Source of the DNA: Armatimonadota bacterium
GTDB taxonomy: Bacteria; Armatimonadota; Armatimonadia; Armatimonadales; Armatimonadaceae
Length of the DNA stretch: 18,841 nucleotides
Assembly (NCBI GenBank): GCA_043754515.1
Contig: JAYUUO010000013.1
Location: 1-18,841, forward strand
Reading direction: 5' to 3'
Part shown: positions 18,064 through 18,841 of the stretch, piece by piece
How positions within the stretch are numbered: position 1 is the first letter of the stretch
Layout: every line of letters begins with the position of its first letter
Translations under genes and position numbers: made by a program
The notes under the pieces: model-generated
Told to the model about the DNA's origin: nothing
The model's input: only the letters and a program-made list of their open reading frames with translations
Database searches by the model: none

Positions 18064-18813
18064 CTAGCGGCCGGTAAACAGTGCACGCACCCGCTCCAGA
18101 TCCTCGGGCGTGTCCACCGACTCCGGCGCGTCCGCTACCTCGGTCATGCGGATGCGGTAGCCGTGTTCGAGGACGCGCAACTGTTCCAGCGATTCCAGCC
18201 GTTCCAGCGGCGTCGGCGCGAGCGTGGGGAACGACGCGAGAAAGGCGCGGCGATACGCGTACAAGCCGACGTGCTGTTTCGGCGCGTATGGAGCGGTTGT
18301 GTCGCGGCGGTACGGGAGCGGCGAGCGGGAGAAGTAGAGCGCGTAGCCGTGGGCATCCGTGACTACCTTGACCACGTTTGGGTCGGACTCGCGCCCCGGC
18401 GGAAGCGGGCACATCACGGACGACATTGCTGCGTCGCCGCCGCGCAGTACGGCGACGGCGGCGTTGATCGTGGCCGGGTCAATCAGCGGCTCGTCGCCCT
18501 GAACGTTGACCACAATGTCGAAGTCACCGGGCGTGTGATCCAGATACCAGGCGGCCTCAGCGACGCGGTCGGTGCCCGAGCGATGATCCGGCGACGTCAT
18601 GGCGGCATTACCGCCGAACGCCATCACCACATCGAAGATCGCCTCGTCGGGCGTCGCGACCAGCACCAGCGAGACACTATTCGCCCGCGCCGCCCGTTCA
18701 TAAACGTGCTGTATCATCGGCTTCCCGGCGATGTCAAGTAGCGGCTTGTTCGGAAGGCGGGTAGCGGCGAGGCGAGCGGGTATAATAACGGCGGCGGTTG
18801 GGGACATAGGCAT
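18064..18813 (-). CDS. kdsB: 3-deoxy-manno-octulosonate cytidylyltransferase (CMP-Kdo synthetase)
   Basis: [59 protein letters not shown] and SVDTPEDL. Alternative start at 18807. Confidence 0.96.
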   Translation of the reverse strand: MPMSPTAAVIIPARLAATRLPNKPLLDIAGKPMIQHVYERAARANSVSLVLVATPDEAIFDVVMAFGGNAAMTSPDHRSGTDRVAEAAWYLDHTPGDFDIVVNVQGDEPLIDPATINAAVAVLRGGDAAMSSVMCPLPPGRESDPNVVKVVTDAHGYALYFSRSPLPYRRDTTAPYAPKQHVGLYAYRRAFLASFPTLAPTPLERLESLEQLRVLEHGYRIRMTEVADAPESVDTPEDLERVRALFTGR

Positions 18814-18841
18814 TCGGTAAGGGAATTGTACGCGGTTTGTC

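Overview
GC-rich bacterial chromosomal segment; the gene style is suggestive of Armatimonadota, but that is inference only. It is mostly housekeeping and envelope genes: two divergent secreted TolB/beta-propeller-like proteins, a CCA-adding enzyme, two tandem secreted cyclophilins (the second fused to a TonB C-terminal domain), map, a class III PPK2, a GH95 fucosidase, kdsA and kdsB, a GNAT and a DEDDh exonuclease. Between kdsA and kdsB lies a two-gene, domain-swapped photolyase whose FAD subunit has a 4-Cys Fe-S-like motif. An Rpn-family nuclease downstream of kdsA has a candidate internal antitoxin start. Two decayed accessory patches are not resolved by the ORF track. At 8.67-9.55 kb there is a small partner gene, a retropepsin-like protease broken by an in-frame TGA, and a VapC remnant. 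At 13.0-13.7 kb a DUF4365 pseudogene meets a truncated secreted-protein gene. Many genes have a -10 hexamer 6-14 nt before the start codon, implying leaderless or very short-leader mRNAs. No rRNA, tRNA or CRISPR array was seen. All family calls come from motif recognition by eye, not database searches.
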